This document shows, in pieces, positions 1 through 10,931 of a stretch of DNA of 64,000 bases. The DNA is taken from the NCBI GenBank assembly GCA_947085935.1, contig CAMTYE010000010.1, positions 6,907-70,906 on the forward strand. The letters run 5' to 3'. The notes under the pieces were generated by a model. It made no database searches, had not been told where the DNA came from, and saw only the letters and a program-made list of their open reading frames with translations. The position numbers and the translations under genes are program-made. This DNA is from an uncultured Actinomycetes bacterium. Its GTDB lineage: Bacteria; Actinomycetota; Coriobacteriia; Anaerosomatales; CAMTYE01. Within the stretch, counting starts at the first letter, position 1. Each line of letters starts with the position of its first letter.

Positions 1-445
1 GAGCTCGCCCGCCTGACACGCGGTGGACAGTGCGTCGTGAATGAGACGGGCCAGCAGGTCGATCACGAGCACCATTCCTCGGCAATCGGTGGTTCGGCAT
101 GTAGTCGCCAAGGATACTCCGAGCACCGTTGACGGGCAACGAAGCTGCTGCTCCACGCGAGAAACACCTGCTGTGGGTGCGAAAATGCGATCGCACGCCG
201 TTCGATCGCGCTACCATTTATTTCCATGCGCTCGCGGAGTGTGACTACCCGTTTGCCGAGAGGGGTGGCCGCTCATGGGAAGAACAATGTATTGATGTCG
301 TTTCCGCCCTAGTGTGACCGTCATACCCTGGAGCTACGAGCAGGGCCCCGTTGCCTGCGGGGAATCCGCAATGCCGGCAGTTCGCTCGGTGGACTCGACG
401 AACGTCAAGACCATTCGCACCGTGGACAAGATGGAGGTTTCCCCT

Positions 446-2140
446 ATGAAGTCGGATCTGCAGATCGCTCAGGAGGCACCACTGCGCCTGATCACCGAAG
501 TCGCGGCCGAGATCGGCATCTCTGAAGACCATCTCGAACTGTACGGCCGCTACAAGGCCAAGGTCTCGCTCGACGTGCTCGAAGCGCTGGCCGACCGTCC
601 CCAGGGCCGGTACGTGGACATCACCGCGATCAACCCCACGCCACTGGGCGAGGGAAAGACCGTCACGACCGTCGGCCTGGGCCAGGCGCTCAAGCACATC
701 GGCAAGGATGTGATCACCTGCATCCGCCAGCCCTCGCTCGGCCCGGTCTTCGGCATCAAGGGCGGCGCTGCGGGCGGTGGCTACTCGCAGGTCATCCCCA
801 TGGAGGACTTCAACCTGCATCTCACCGGCGACGTCCATGCCGTGTCGATGGCGAACAACCTGCTGGCAGCCTATATCGATAACCACATCTACCAGGGCAA
901 CGACCTGGATATCGATCCCCACTCGATCACCTGGCGCCGCGTCGTGGACCTCAACGACCGCGCGCTCCGCAACACGGTCGTGGGACTGGGCGGCAAGCTC
1001 GACGGCGTCCCGCGCGAGACCGGCTACGACATCGCGGTAGCGAGCGAGGTCATGGCGATCCTCGCGATGGCCAGCGACCTTCAGGACCTGCGCGCGCGCC
1101 TGGGCCGGATCGTCATCGGGACCAACCGCGCCGGACAGCCCGTGACCGCCGAGGAGCTCAAGTGCGCCGGCGCGATGGCCGTGCTCATGAAGGACGCCGT
1201 CAAGCCGACGCTCATGCAGAACCTCGAGGGCGGGGCGGTCTTCGTCCACGCCGGCCCCTTCGCCAACATCGCACAGGGCAACAACTCGATCATCGCCGAC
1301 CGCATCGCGCTCAAGATCGCCGACTACGTCGTCACCGAGTCGGGCTTCGGCGCGGACATGGGCGCCGAGAAGTTCATGAACATCAAGTGCCGTGCGTCGG
1401 GACTTGAGCCTGACTGCGCCGTCATCGTCGCGACGGTCCGCGCGCTCAAAGCAGCCTCCGGACGCTTCGAGGTGACCCCCGGCAAGCCGCTCGACGAGCG
1501 CCTCAAGCGCGAGGACATGGAGAGCCTGACCGAAGGCATCGTCAACCTCGAGAAGCACGTCGAGAACATGAAGAAGTTCGGCATCCCGGTCGTGGTCGTC
1601 GTGAATTCCTTCCCGACGGACACCGAGACCGAGCATGAGTTCATCAAGGCGGCCGGCCTTGCAGCCGGAGCCGATTTCGCTGTGGTTCACCGCGTGCATG
1701 CAGACGGTGGCGCCGGCGGCGAAGAGCTGGCCCGCGCGGTGGTCGAGGCGTGCGAGCTTCCCAAGGAGTTCAAGCTCCTGTATCCGGACGAGGCCTCGAT
1801 CAAAGAGAAGATCGAGACGATCGCGATGGAGATCTACGGCGCTGACGGCGTGGACTACCTGCCGGCCGCCGAGGCCAAGATCAAGCTCTACACCGAGCTC
1901 GGCTACTCGAACCTGCCCATGTGTATGGCCAAGACGCACCTGTCCCTCTCCCACGACCCCACGCTCAAGGGCCGTCCGACCGGCTGGCGACTCCCGGTCC
2001 GCGACATCCGCGCAAGCGTGGGCGCCGGCTTCCTCTACCCGCTCTGCGGCGACATGCGAACCATGCCCGGACTGCCCAAGACCCCCGCAGGCGACTCGAT
2101 CGATATCGACGCCAACGGCAACGTGGTCGGCCTCTTCTAG
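446..2140 (+). CDS. fhs: Formate--tetrahydrofolate ligase (FTHFS)
   Basis: ORF 314..2140. Start moved to ATG 446, which has GGAGG 8 nt upstream and gives the N-terminus MKSDLQIAQEA typical of FTHFS. About 564 aa, with motifs such as PTPLGEGKTVTTVGL and full-length family resemblance. Confidence 0.93.
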   Translation: MKSDLQIAQEAPLRLITEVAAEIGISEDHLELYGRYKAKVSLDVLEALADRPQGRYVDITAINPTPLGEGKTVTTVGLGQALKHIGKDVITCIRQPSLGPVFGIKGGAAGGGYSQVIPMEDFNLHLTGDVHAVSMANNLLAAYIDNHIYQGNDLDIDPHSITWRRVVDLNDRALRNTVVGLGGKLDGVPRETGYDIAVASEVMAILAMASDLQDLRARLGRIVIGTNRAGQPVTAEELKCAGAMAVLMKDAVKPTLMQNLEGGAVFVHAGPFANIAQGNNSIIADRIALKIADYVVTESGFGADMGAEKFMNIKCRASGLEPDCAVIVATVRALKAASGRFEVTPGKPLDERLKREDMESLTEGIVNLEKHVENMKKFGIPVVVVVNSFPTDTETEHEFIKAAGLAAGADFAVVHRVHADGGAGGEELARAVVEACELPKEFKLLYPDEASIKEKIETIAMEIYGADGVDYLPAAEAKIKLYTELGYSNLPMCMAKTHLSLSHDPTLKGRPTGWRLPVRDIRASVGAGFLYPLCGDMRTMPGLPKTPAGDSIDIDANGNVVGLF

Positions 2141-2185
2141 GCGGCCTCTCCCGTTCAATGCACCAGAGAAACGGAACGCGCAACG

Positions 2186-4129
2186 ATGCCACAGGTCACG
2201 TTCATACCGGACGCGATCTCCGTCGAAGTACCTGTCGGAGAGAAGCTCCTGCGCGCCGCGATGATCGCGGACGTGCCGGTGAGCGCATCCTGCGGCGGCG
2301 ATGGCACGTGCGGTAAGTGCCGCATGATCGTCGAGCGGGGAGCGGTCGAAGGCGGCCGCTCCTCCAAGCTCTCACGCTCCCAGATCGAACAGAACTACGT
2401 GCTCGGCTGTCTGGCGCAGGTCACCGGCGACGTGACGGTGCGCATCCCGCCCGAATCGCGACCCGGCCGTGCACCTGCGGCCGGGCGGGGATCGCGCCTG
2501 CGCAACACTGTTCTGTCTGCCGAGGCATGCTCGGCGCGTGTGCCCGCCAAGCGCTCCGCGCCTCCCCTGTACAAGCGGGCCGTCGAGCTTTCGCCACCGG
2601 ACCTCACCGACAACGCGAGCGATCTGACGCGCCTCTCCGGTGCACTTCGACGCGAGCATCGACTCAGCGACGCGGCCTTCTCCATCGATGCGGTCCGCGC
2701 GCTGCCTGCCGCAGCCCGCGAGGGCGACTGGACCGTCACGGCTCACGTCTTCGAGCCGAACGGCTGCACGCCCCAGATCATGGGCATCGACGCCGGTGAC
2801 TCGACCGACACTCACTACGCTGTGGCGGTCGATATCGGAACCACCACAGTCGAGGTGGCCGTGATCGAGCTGGTGAGCGGCGACACCATCGCCACGGCCG
2901 CAGAGTACAACCGCCAGATCACCCGGGGCGAAGACGTGATAACCCGCGTGATCGCGGCAAGCAAGAACGATGGCCTTGAAACGCTGCAGCGGCTCGTGAC
3001 GGATACCGTGGGCGACCTTGTGGAACTGGCGTGCGAAGACGCAGGCATCCCGGTCGAGTCCATCACCCACTACTCGGTCGCAGGCAACACTGTTATGACA
3101 CACCTGTTGCTCGGCATCACGCCACGGAACATCCGCACCGCACCCTATGCGCCTGCGGCCTCGACGTTTCCCTGGGTACGGGCTGCGGCGCTCGGTCTTC
3201 CCGGGGCGCCGGGCACCCAGGTCATCTGCACGCCATGCCCCGCCAGCTGGCTCGGCGGCGACATCGTCGCCGGCATCCTGGCTGCGGGGATCCCGTGGAC
3301 CGAGAAGCTCACCCTGTTTGTAGACATTGGCACCAACGGGGAGATCGTACTGGGCAACCGCGACTGGCTGGTCGCCTGCTCCTGCTCCGCCGGGCCCGCG
3401 TTCGAAGGCGGCGGCATCCTGCACGGTATGCGTGCCTCGGCAGGTGCGATCGAACAGGTGCGCGTGCAGGAGGGCTCGCTGGAGCCGTCGATCCTCACCA
3501 TCGAGAACGCGCGTCCGCTCGGTATCTGCGGCAGCGGACTGATCGACCTCGTCTCCGAGCTCTTCTTGTGCGGGGCCGTCGATCGCAACGGCAAGTTCAC
3601 GACCGACGCGCCCGAAGCGTTCGTGCGCGATGGGGACCACGGGCGGGAGTACCTGCTCGTGCCCGGCGCGGACAGTGGGACCGGCGAAGACATCGTGCTC
3701 ACCGAGAACGACGTCGAGAACCTCATGCGCGCGAAGGCCGCCATCTTCGCGGGGATCTCGGTACTCGTGGAGAGCGTCGACCTTTCGATGGACGCCATCG
3801 AAGAGGTCGTCATCGCCGGCGGCTTCGGCCACTATCTGGACCTGGAGCGGGTCACCGCGCTCGGGATGGTGCCGGAGCTGCCCGCCGACCGTTTCGTCTT
3901 CATCGGCAACAGCTCTCTGCTGGGAGCCAAGCAGTTCGCCCGTTCCCGCGAGATGCTCAACAAGGCACGCAAGGTCGCCGAGATGATCACATACGTCGAG
4001 CTTTCGGTGAACGCCGCCTTCATGGAGGCATATGTCTCGGCGACGTTCTTCCCCCATACTGAGACCTCCCTGTTCCCGGTGGCCGAGCAGCTCCTCGCCG
4101 AGCGCTCAGCCCGCAAGGCGGTGACCTGA
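2186..4129 (+). CDS. acsV: Reductive activator of corrinoid Fe-S protein (RACo/AcsV): 2Fe-2S ferredoxin plus ASKHA ATPase
   Basis: N-terminal plant-type 2Fe-2S motif (SCGGDGTCGKC). C-terminal ASKHA/DUF4445-like region (VDIGTTTV, VDIGTNGE). 647 aa, sitting inside the acs cluster. Confidence 0.85.
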   Translation: MPQVTFIPDAISVEVPVGEKLLRAAMIADVPVSASCGGDGTCGKCRMIVERGAVEGGRSSKLSRSQIEQNYVLGCLAQVTGDVTVRIPPESRPGRAPAAGRGSRLRNTVLSAEACSARVPAKRSAPPLYKRAVELSPPDLTDNASDLTRLSGALRREHRLSDAAFSIDAVRALPAAAREGDWTVTAHVFEPNGCTPQIMGIDAGDSTDTHYAVAVDIGTTTVEVAVIELVSGDTIATAAEYNRQITRGEDVITRVIAASKNDGLETLQRLVTDTVGDLVELACEDAGIPVESITHYSVAGNTVMTHLLLGITPRNIRTAPYAPAASTFPWVRAAALGLPGAPGTQVICTPCPASWLGGDIVAGILAAGIPWTEKLTLFVDIGTNGEIVLGNRDWLVACSCSAGPAFEGGGILHGMRASAGAIEQVRVQEGSLEPSILTIENARPLGICGSGLIDLVSELFLCGAVDRNGKFTTDAPEAFVRDGDHGREYLLVPGADSGTGEDIVLTENDVENLMRAKAAIFAGISVLVESVDLSMDAIEEVVIAGGFGHYLDLERVTALGMVPELPADRFVFIGNSSLLGAKQFARSREMLNKARKVAEMITYVELSVNAAFMEAYVSATFFPHTETSLFPVAEQLLAERSARKAVT

Positions 4130-4131
4130 TC

Positions 4132-4908
4132 ATGGCCTTCACCATCGCGATGGCAGGCAAAGGCGGCACGGGCAAGACCACGACCGCGGCGCTCGTGGTG
4201 CGCGCACTGCGCGACCTGGGCGCGACGAGCGTGCTCGCGGTCGACGCCGACCCCAACGCCTGCCTGCACGAATCCCTCGGAGTCGAGGTCGAGCGCTCCG
4301 TAGGCGAGATCACCGAGGAGATGCTCGCGGCGCCGGAGTCCACCCCCGGCGGCATGAGCAAGGACGCCTGGATGGAGTACAACGTCCAGCGCTACGTGGT
4401 GGAATCCCGCGAGTTCGACCTGCTCTCGATGGGTCGTCCCGAGGGCTCGGGCTGCTACTGCTACGCGAACAACCTCATCCGCGGCTGCGTCGACGACCTG
4501 TCCCGCAGTTACCCCTACGTCGTGATGGACAACGAAGCCGGTCTGGAGCACCTCTCCCGTCGGACCACCCGCGACGTGGACCTGCTGCTGATCGTCTCGG
4601 ACCCCAGTGTCCGCGGCATCCGCACGGCGGGCCGCCTCAACGAGCTCGCCGACGAACTCAAGATCGACATAGGCGCCCGCTACCTCATCATCAACCGCGC
4701 CTCGACCCCGCTCGACCCCGCCCTTCTCAGTGCAGCTGCCGAGACGGGCGTCGAGATACTCGGCACGGTCCCCGAGGACGCCGGAGTTGTCCGGGCCGAC
4801 CTCGAGGGGACGGGTCTGTATGCCCTTGACGACGACTCTCCGGCGCTCGAGGCGATTCGCACCATGCTCGCCTCGGCGGTACCGGCGCTTTCGGGCGCCC
4901 CGGCCTGA
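4132..4908 (+). CDS. cooC: CODH/ACS nickel-insertion ATPase CooC/AcsF (copy 1)
   Basis: Deviant Walker A ([10 protein letters not shown]), CooC-type CxC signature (GSGCYC), 258 aa, in the acs cluster. Confidence 0.88.
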   Translation: MAFTIAMAGKGGTGKTTTAALVVRALRDLGATSVLAVDADPNACLHESLGVEVERSVGEITEEMLAAPESTPGGMSKDAWMEYNVQRYVVESREFDLLSMGRPEGSGCYCYANNLIRGCVDDLSRSYPYVVMDNEAGLEHLSRRTTRDVDLLLIVSDPSVRGIRTAGRLNELADELKIDIGARYLIINRASTPLDPALLSAAAETGVEILGTVPEDAGVVRADLEGTGLYALDDDSPALEAIRTMLASAVPALSGAPA

Positions 4909-4937
4909 ACTTCTCACATAATCGACAGGAGGAACCG

Positions 4938-5792
4938 GTGGCAGGAACTATCATCGACGGCAAGGCCATTGCGGCCAAGAAGCGCACCGAGTTGGCGCGC
5001 GAGGTCTCCGCGCTGGCCGGGCGCGGCATCGTCCCCGGCCTGGCGGTCGTGATCGTCGGCGGCGACCCGGCATCGCAGGTCTACGTGCGCAACAAGCACG
5101 CCGCCTGCGAAGAAGTCGGCATCAGCTCGTTCAAGCACGAACTTGCCGAGGATACCGGCCAGGACGACCTCCTCGGCCTCATCGCCGAGCTCAATGCCGA
5201 CCCGGCGGTGCACGGCATCCTCGTGCAGCTCCCTCTGCCGTCGCACATCGACGAAGAGGCGGTGCTCGAGGCGATCGACCCCGACAAGGACGTCGACGGG
5301 TTCCATCCCACGAACGTGGGCAGGATGCTCATCGGCAAGGAGACCTACCTGCCGTGCACGCCGCATGGGTGCATGGTCCTGCTCGATGAGCTGGGCGTAG
5401 ACCTCGAGGGCAAAGAGGCGGTCGTCGTCGGGCGCAGCAACATCGTGGGCAAGCCGATCTCCATCCTTCTGCTCGAGCGCAACGCGACCGTCACGATATG
5501 TCACAGCCGCACGCGCGACCTGCCGGAAGTCATCGGGCGGGCCGATGTGCTCGTCGTCGGCGTCGGTCGCGCGGAGATGGTGAAGGGCGCCTGGATCAAG
5601 GAGGGCGCCGTCGTCATCGACGTCGGCATCAACCGCACCGACGCCGGTCTTGTCGGCGACGTCGAATTCGCCCCGGCGCTGGAGCGGGCCTCGGCGATCA
5701 CGCCCGTACCCGGCGGGGTCGGCCCTATGACCATCGCGATGCTCCTGCTCAACACCGTCCAGTCCGCTGAACGCCACGCCGGCCACGAGTAA
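4938..5792 (+). CDS. folD: Bifunctional methylene-THF dehydrogenase / methenyl-THF cyclohydrolase
   Basis: GTG start preceded by AGGAGGA. IDGKAIA...[16 protein letters not shown]...[10 protein letters not shown]...PGGVGPMT are classic FolD motifs. 284 aa. Confidence 0.93.
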   Translation: MAGTIIDGKAIAAKKRTELAREVSALAGRGIVPGLAVVIVGGDPASQVYVRNKHAACEEVGISSFKHELAEDTGQDDLLGLIAELNADPAVHGILVQLPLPSHIDEEAVLEAIDPDKDVDGFHPTNVGRMLIGKETYLPCTPHGCMVLLDELGVDLEGKEAVVVGRSNIVGKPISILLLERNATVTICHSRTRDLPEVIGRADVLVVGVGRAEMVKGAWIKEGAVVIDVGINRTDAGLVGDVEFAPALERASAITPVPGGVGPMTIAMLLLNTVQSAERHAGHE

Positions 5793-5810
5793 GCCAGAGA
5801 GGACAGGTCC

Positions 5811-6758
5811 ATGTCGTTCACAGCACCCCTGCACACCACGAATGGCACGATCCGAGAGGTCGTGCTCGGTGGCGGCGATCGCGCCGTTACGGTAGGAGGC
5901 GAGAGCTCGCTGCCCTTCTACGCCTTTGAGGGCGCGATGCCGCACAAGCCCGTCATAGCCATGGAGGTCTTCGACGCGGTGCCCGACGGGTGGCCGCACG
6001 CGTTGACCGACTCGCTCGGCGACGTGCTCGGCGACCCGGCAGCATGGGCGCGCCGCAACGTCGAAGAGCACGGGGCGGACGTGATCTGCGTTCAGCTCGC
6101 CTCGACGAATCCTGCAGCCGGCGACTCGAGTCCCGAGGATGCCGCGGCCGTCGTGCGCGCCGTCGTCGACGCCGTACGCGTGCCGGTGATCGTCTACGGA
6201 ACAGGCAACGCCGAGAAGGACACCGAGGTCCTCAAGAAGGTCGCCGAGAGCATCACAGACACCACGCTCGCCATCGGCCCCGCGACCGAGGACAACTACA
6301 AGGCGATCACGGCGGCGGCACTCGGCTACGGTCACGTCGTGATCGCGGAGACCCCGATCGACGTGAACATGGCCAAACAGCTCAACATCCTCATGACCCA
6401 GATGGGGCTTGCAGCCGACCGCATCCTGATCGATCCCTCGATCGGCGCCGTCGGCTATGGCATCGAGTACGCCTACACGGTCATGGAGCGCCTGCGGCTG
6501 GCTGCCCTCAACCAGAACGACTCGATGACGCAGATGCCGATGATCTGCAACCTGGGCAAGGAAGCCTGGCGCGCCAAGGAGGCGCGTGTGGGTACCGACG
6601 AGGAGCCCGCGTGGGGCGACGAGACGCAGCGCGGGATCCTGTGGGAGGCCACGACCGCCATCTCTCTCACCATGTCGGGAGCCGATGTCCTGGTGATGCG
6701 ACACCCCGAGGCCGTGCGCCTCGTCAAGACCGCGATCGACGGGCTGGCCACCGGCTAG
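5811..6758 (+). CDS. acsD: Corrinoid iron-sulfur protein small subunit (AcsD/CfsB)
   Basis: 315 aa TIM-barrel-type CFeSP small subunit pattern, sitting between folD and the CODH gene. Length and position are typical of acsD. Confidence 0.8.
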   Translation: MSFTAPLHTTNGTIREVVLGGGDRAVTVGGESSLPFYAFEGAMPHKPVIAMEVFDAVPDGWPHALTDSLGDVLGDPAAWARRNVEEHGADVICVQLASTNPAAGDSSPEDAAAVVRAVVDAVRVPVIVYGTGNAEKDTEVLKKVAESITDTTLAIGPATEDNYKAITAAALGYGHVVIAETPIDVNMAKQLNILMTQMGLAADRILIDPSIGAVGYGIEYAYTVMERLRLAALNQNDSMTQMPMICNLGKEAWRAKEARVGTDEEPAWGDETQRGILWEATTAISLTMSGADVLVMRHPEAVRLVKTAIDGLATG

Positions 6759-6783
6759 ACCAACAAGGGAACGAGGTGTACCG

Positions 6784-8733
6784 ATGAGTGACGTCAAGAA
6801 GCGAACGTTCGACCCCGATGCCGTGAGCATCGACCCGACAGCGGCAGAGATGCTCAAGATCGCCGAGGACTGCGAGATCGAAACGGTCTTCCAGCGGGCG
6901 GAGAACATCAAGCCGTGCACGACCGGTGCCACCGGCGGCTGCTGCAAGCTCTGCGCCATGGGCCCATGCCGCCTGATCGGCAAGTACGACCGCGGGGTGT
7001 GCGGTGCGGACCGTGAGACGGTCGCGGCACGCAACTTCGTACGCCAGGTCGCGGCCGGTGCCGCCGCCCACTCCGACCACGGACGGGATGTGGCGCTCAC
7101 GCTCAAGGCCATCGCCTCAGGCGAGATCGAAGACGGCACGATAGCCGACACGGTCAAGCTCGCGAAGGTCGCCGGCTACATGGGCATCGAGGTTGCCGGC
7201 AAGGACGTCAACACGCTCGCGCTCGAGGTCGCGGATTGCGCTCTCGCGCAGTACGGTCAGCAGACCGGCGAACTCGTCTACATCGCACGTGCGACAGAGA
7301 AGCGCCAGGAGCTGTGGCGCAAATACGACGTCGTGCCGCGCGGCATCGACCGCGAGGTCGTAGAGGCTATGCATCGCACCGCGGCCGGAACCGACCAGAA
7401 CGTCCAGAGCCTGCTCGACGGGGCCGTCAGGTGCGCGCTGTCGAGCGGCTGGGGCGGCTCGATGCTCGCGACCGACCTGCAGGACATCCTCTACGGAACG
7501 CCCACCCCGATCCGTTCCTCGGCAAACCTGGGCGTGCTCTCTGAGGACAAAGTGAACATCATGATCCACGGGCACGAACCGCTGCTCGCCGCGATGATCA
7601 TCGACGCGACCAGCGAGCCCGAGATGATCACGCTCGCCGAGTCACTCGGCGCCAAGGGTATCAACGTCGCGGGTATCTGCTGCACGGCCAACGAGGCACT
7701 GATGCGCAAGGGCGTGCCTCCTGCGGGCAACATGCTGCATCAGGAGCTCGCCGTGCTCACCGGTGCCGTCGAAGCCATGGTCGTCGACGTGCAGTGCATC
7801 TTCCAGGGTCTCAACGACGTCGCTTCTCACTTCCACACCAAGATCATCTCGTCGAGCCCCAAGGCCTGCGTTGGCGATTCCGAGCGCATCGTCGTCGACG
7901 AGCACCGGCCGCGGGAGGCCGCACGGGAGATCGTGCGCGCCGCGATCGAGAACTTCCCGAACCGCAAGGAGACGCATATCCCCCAGGTCTCCGAGCCACT
8001 CATCGCCGGATTCAGCCACGAGTACATCCGCTACATGCTCGGCGGTAAGATGCGCGCATCGCTCACCCCGCTCAACGACAACATCATCAACGGCCGCATC
8101 CGCGGTCTGGCCGCGGTAGTGGGCTGTTCGAGCCCCCGCGCCGTCCAGGACTACGCGGTCGTCAACGTCGTCCGTGAGCTCATCGCCAACAACGTGCTCG
8201 TCGTCGTGACAGGCTGCGCCGCGATCACGAGCGGCAAGCACGGGCTGCTCACCCCCGAGACCATGGCCTTCGCGGGCGAGTCGCTCGCCGAGGTCTGCGA
8301 GACCGTCGGAATCCCCCCGGTCCTCCACCTGGGGTCGTGCGTGGACAACTCCCGCATCCTCACCGTGCTAACCGATGTCGTGAAGACCGGTGGCCTGGGC
8401 GACGACATCGCGGGCCTGCCCGCCGTGGCCCTCTCGCCGGAGTGGTTCAGCGAGAAGGCCCTCGAGATCGCCACGTACGCGGCCGCGAGCGGAGCGCATG
8501 TCATCTTCGGCGGTGTCGGTTCGCCGGTCGCCAACAGCGAGATCGTCAAGAACTACATGATCGACGGATGGACGGAACGGTACGGCGGCAGTCTCCGGTT
8601 CATCAAGGAACCAGCGGACATGGTCACCGCCACGCTCGACCTGATCGACACCGCACGTAAGGGACTCAAGATCGATGTGGCCGCCGAGCGCGTCCTCTTC
8701 GACATGGACATGAGGAGGGAACTCAGTGTCTAA
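6784..8733 (+). CDS. acsA: Anaerobic carbon-monoxide dehydrogenase catalytic subunit (CODH, AcsA/CooS)
   Basis: N-terminal Cys cluster (GGCCKLCAMGPCRL...GVCGA), 649 aa. It overlaps the downstream ACS gene by 8 nt. Confidence 0.92.
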   Translation: MSDVKKRTFDPDAVSIDPTAAEMLKIAEDCEIETVFQRAENIKPCTTGATGGCCKLCAMGPCRLIGKYDRGVCGADRETVAARNFVRQVAAGAAAHSDHGRDVALTLKAIASGEIEDGTIADTVKLAKVAGYMGIEVAGKDVNTLALEVADCALAQYGQQTGELVYIARATEKRQELWRKYDVVPRGIDREVVEAMHRTAAGTDQNVQSLLDGAVRCALSSGWGGSMLATDLQDILYGTPTPIRSSANLGVLSEDKVNIMIHGHEPLLAAMIIDATSEPEMITLAESLGAKGINVAGICCTANEALMRKGVPPAGNMLHQELAVLTGAVEAMVVDVQCIFQGLNDVASHFHTKIISSSPKACVGDSERIVVDEHRPREAAREIVRAAIENFPNRKETHIPQVSEPLIAGFSHEYIRYMLGGKMRASLTPLNDNIINGRIRGLAAVVGCSSPRAVQDYAVVNVVRELIANNVLVVVTGCAAITSGKHGLLTPETMAFAGESLAEVCETVGIPPVLHLGSCVDNSRILTVLTDVVKTGGLGDDIAGLPAVALSPEWFSEKALEIATYAAASGAHVIFGGVGSPVANSEIVKNYMIDGWTERYGGSLRFIKEPADMVTATLDLIDTARKGLKIDVAAERVLFDMDMRRELSV

Positions 8734-10909
8734 GATCATCGCTTCTGCCGCGATTCGCGGCGCTCACAGTATCTTCGCCCGCACGGAGGCCAAGCTCGCG
8801 CGCGCCAAGGAGAGCTTCGGTGCCGATCACGCCATCGAGCTCCCGAACACCGGCTACTACCTGCCGGTCATCTACGGCCTGACCGGTGAGAAGGTCGAGA
8901 AGCTCTCGGACATGGACCGCGTCCTGGACTACTCGCGCGACCTGCTGCCCGAGGTCCCGACCGAGAAGCTGTGGCTCCCCTACCTGGGGACCACGCTCGA
9001 CGCCGGCATCGCAACGCTCCTTGCCGAGGAGTGCCACGAGGCGCTCAACTACCTCGACAACGACCCTTCGCCCGTGACCGACCTGTGGCTGGGCGCCGCA
9101 GACGACGTCATCATGCGCGCCAAGGGCGTCGAGTTCGTTGACGGCTCGGCCCCCGGCTTCGCAGCCGTGGTCGGCGCCGCGCCGGACAACGCGACCGCCG
9201 TGCGTCTCGCCCGCGAGATGCAGGAGAAGATGCTCTACGTGTTCATGGCCGGTCACGACAACGGCGTCTCCTTCGGCGAGCAGCTCGACGCCGAGGGCAT
9301 CCAGCTCGGCTGGGACTCGCGCCTGGTTCCCTTCGGCAAAGAGGTCTACAGCCAGATCTACTCGATCGGCTTCGCGACCCGCGCCGCCATGGCCTTCGGT
9401 GGCGTACAGCCCGGCGACTACGAGCGCATCCTCGCCTACAACAAGAGCCGCGTGTTCGCGTTCGTGCTCGCGCTCGGCGAGGTCACCGACGAGTGGTACG
9501 CCACTGCGGCCGGCGCGATCAGCTACGGCTTCCCGACCATCGCCACGAGCGACATCCCCCAGATCCTCCCCACGGGTGTCTGCACCTACGAGCACGTCGT
9601 CTCCAACATCACCTGCGACGAACTCGTCCAGAGGGCCATCGAGGTTCGCGGTCTGAAGATCAAGGTGACCGAGCTGCCGATCCCCGTGCCGTACGGTCCC
9701 GCGTTCGAGGGCGAGCGCGTGCGCAAGGAAGATACGTACGCCGAGACGGGCGGCCAGAAGAGCGAGGCGTTCGAGTGGCTTCGCACGCTCGACGCGTCCG
9801 AGATCACCGACGGCAAGGTCGAGATCGTCGGGCCGGAGCTCGACGAGATGGAAGAGGGAACGCGCTTCCCGATCGGTATCGTCGTCGACGTTGCCGGCCG
9901 CAAGATGCAGTCCGACTTCGAGGCGGTCGTCGAGCGCCAGTTCCACCACCTCATGAACTACGCCGAGGGCGTGCTGCACATGGGGCAGCGCGACCTGATC
10001 TGGATACGTATCTCCAAAGCGGCCGTCGCCAAGGGCTTCAAGCTGCAGCACATCGGAGACATCCTCCACGCGAAGATCCTCGACGAGTTCGAGGCGATCG
10101 TGGACAAGGTCCAGGTCACCATCTACACCGACCCGGACAAGGTCACCGAGATGCGCCAGAAGGCGCTAGTCTCCTACGCCCAGCGCGATGAGCGCATGGC
10201 CGGCCTGACAGACGACACCGTCGAGGACTTCTACTCGTGCTCGCTGTGCCAGAGCTTCGCCCCGTCGCACGTGTGCGTAGTCACGCCCGAGCGTCTCGGA
10301 CTGTGCGGCGCGTACAACTGGCTCGACGCCAAGGCCGCGAACGAGCTCAACCCCTCCGGTCCGAACCAGCCCATCGCCAAGGGTGTATGCCTCAACGAAA
10401 CGACCGGTGAATGGGAGGGCGTCAATACGTTCATCCGGCAGCAGTCCTCGGGCCTTGTCGAGCGCATGACCTGCTACTCGCTCATGGACAACCCCATGAC
10501 CTCATGCGGCTGCTTCATGGCCCTTATCGCGCTCATGCCCATGTGCAACGGAGTCATGATCGTCAACCGCGAGTACGCGGGGATGACCCCCTCGGGCATG
10601 AAGTTCTCCACGCTCGCCGGCATGGTCGGCGGCGGCGGGCAGGCGCCCGGCTTCATGGGCATAGGACGCGGCTACATCGCGAGCAAGAAGTTCATGTCAG
10701 CCGAAGGCGGCTTCTCTCGGGTCGTCTGGATGCCGAAGGAGCTCAAGGACGCGATGCGCGCCTCGCTCGCGCCACGCCTCGAGGAGATGGGCGACCTCGA
10801 CTTCCTGGACAAGATCGCCGATGAGACGGTCGGCGAGACGGAAGATGCCGTTCTTGAGTTCATCACGGCGAACGGCCACCCGGTGCTCGCCATGGACCCC
10901 ATCTTCTAG
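8726..10909 (+). CDS. acsB: Acetyl-CoA synthase (CO-methylating, A-cluster subunit)
   Basis: 727 aa. Cys motifs CSLCQSFAPSHVCVV...LCGA and SCGCF match the A-cluster ligand pattern. GTG start overlaps the acsA stop. Confidence 0.93.
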   Translation: MSKIIASAAIRGAHSIFARTEAKLARAKESFGADHAIELPNTGYYLPVIYGLTGEKVEKLSDMDRVLDYSRDLLPEVPTEKLWLPYLGTTLDAGIATLLAEECHEALNYLDNDPSPVTDLWLGAADDVIMRAKGVEFVDGSAPGFAAVVGAAPDNATAVRLAREMQEKMLYVFMAGHDNGVSFGEQLDAEGIQLGWDSRLVPFGKEVYSQIYSIGFATRAAMAFGGVQPGDYERILAYNKSRVFAFVLALGEVTDEWYATAAGAISYGFPTIATSDIPQILPTGVCTYEHVVSNITCDELVQRAIEVRGLKIKVTELPIPVPYGPAFEGERVRKEDTYAETGGQKSEAFEWLRTLDASEITDGKVEIVGPELDEMEEGTRFPIGIVVDVAGRKMQSDFEAVVERQFHHLMNYAEGVLHMGQRDLIWIRISKAAVAKGFKLQHIGDILHAKILDEFEAIVDKVQVTIYTDPDKVTEMRQKALVSYAQRDERMAGLTDDTVEDFYSCSLCQSFAPSHVCVVTPERLGLCGAYNWLDAKAANELNPSGPNQPIAKGVCLNETTGEWEGVNTFIRQQSSGLVERMTCYSLMDNPMTSCGCFMALIALMPMCNGVMIVNREYAGMTPSGMKFSTLAGMVGGGGQAPGFMGIGRGYIASKKFMSAEGGFSRVVWMPKELKDAMRASLAPRLEEMGDLDFLDKIADETVGETEDAVLEFITANGHPVLAMDPIF

Positions 10910-10931
10910 ACCGCAGCAACCCAAGGAGTAC

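Noticed and set aside
1-75. Possible 5' end of a minus-strand gene leaving the window (MVLVIDLLARLIHDAL...).
   Set aside because: Only about 25 codons are visible, there is no identifiable family, and the start and RBS are ambiguous. This is too little to support a feature.
76-445. Possible ZTP (pfl) or THF riboswitch in the roughly 370 nt region upstream of fhs, since folate and C1 genes often carry these.
   Set aside because: I could not find the conserved pfl 3' element (CCGCCUGGGC-like) or a convincing THF aptamer core by eye. There are only short GC hairpins and two AT-richer patches. An Rfam cmscan of 76..445 would settle it.
245-2158. Long minus-strand ORF (637 aa) antisense to fhs. 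There are many similar long antisense or shifted-frame ORFs: 2372..4057, 4914..7157, 8723..10069, 10863..13157, 13709..14974, 14656..15873, 16531..17517, 17692..19356, 20257..22524, 28310..29440, 29833..31065, 32482..33678, 33639..34745, 37530..38645, 44431..45519, 48002..49798, 52150..53067, 55003..56391, 55865..57322, 56382..57530 and 62852..63790.
   Set aside because: These are high-GC shadow frames. Their translations are Arg/Ala/Gly/Pro/Asp-rich low-complexity sequences with no recognisable motifs. Each lies opposite or out of frame to a gene with strong family signatures.
10821-10931. N-terminal extensions offered by the ORF track for acsC (10821), the NuoF-like gene (17872), nuoB/C/D/H/J/K, mdh, the fumarase alpha gene, both STAS genes and menG.
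   Set aside because: The extensions overlap the preceding gene and are Arg/Pro-rich. Internal starts with an RBS or a stop/start overlap give N-termini matching the families.
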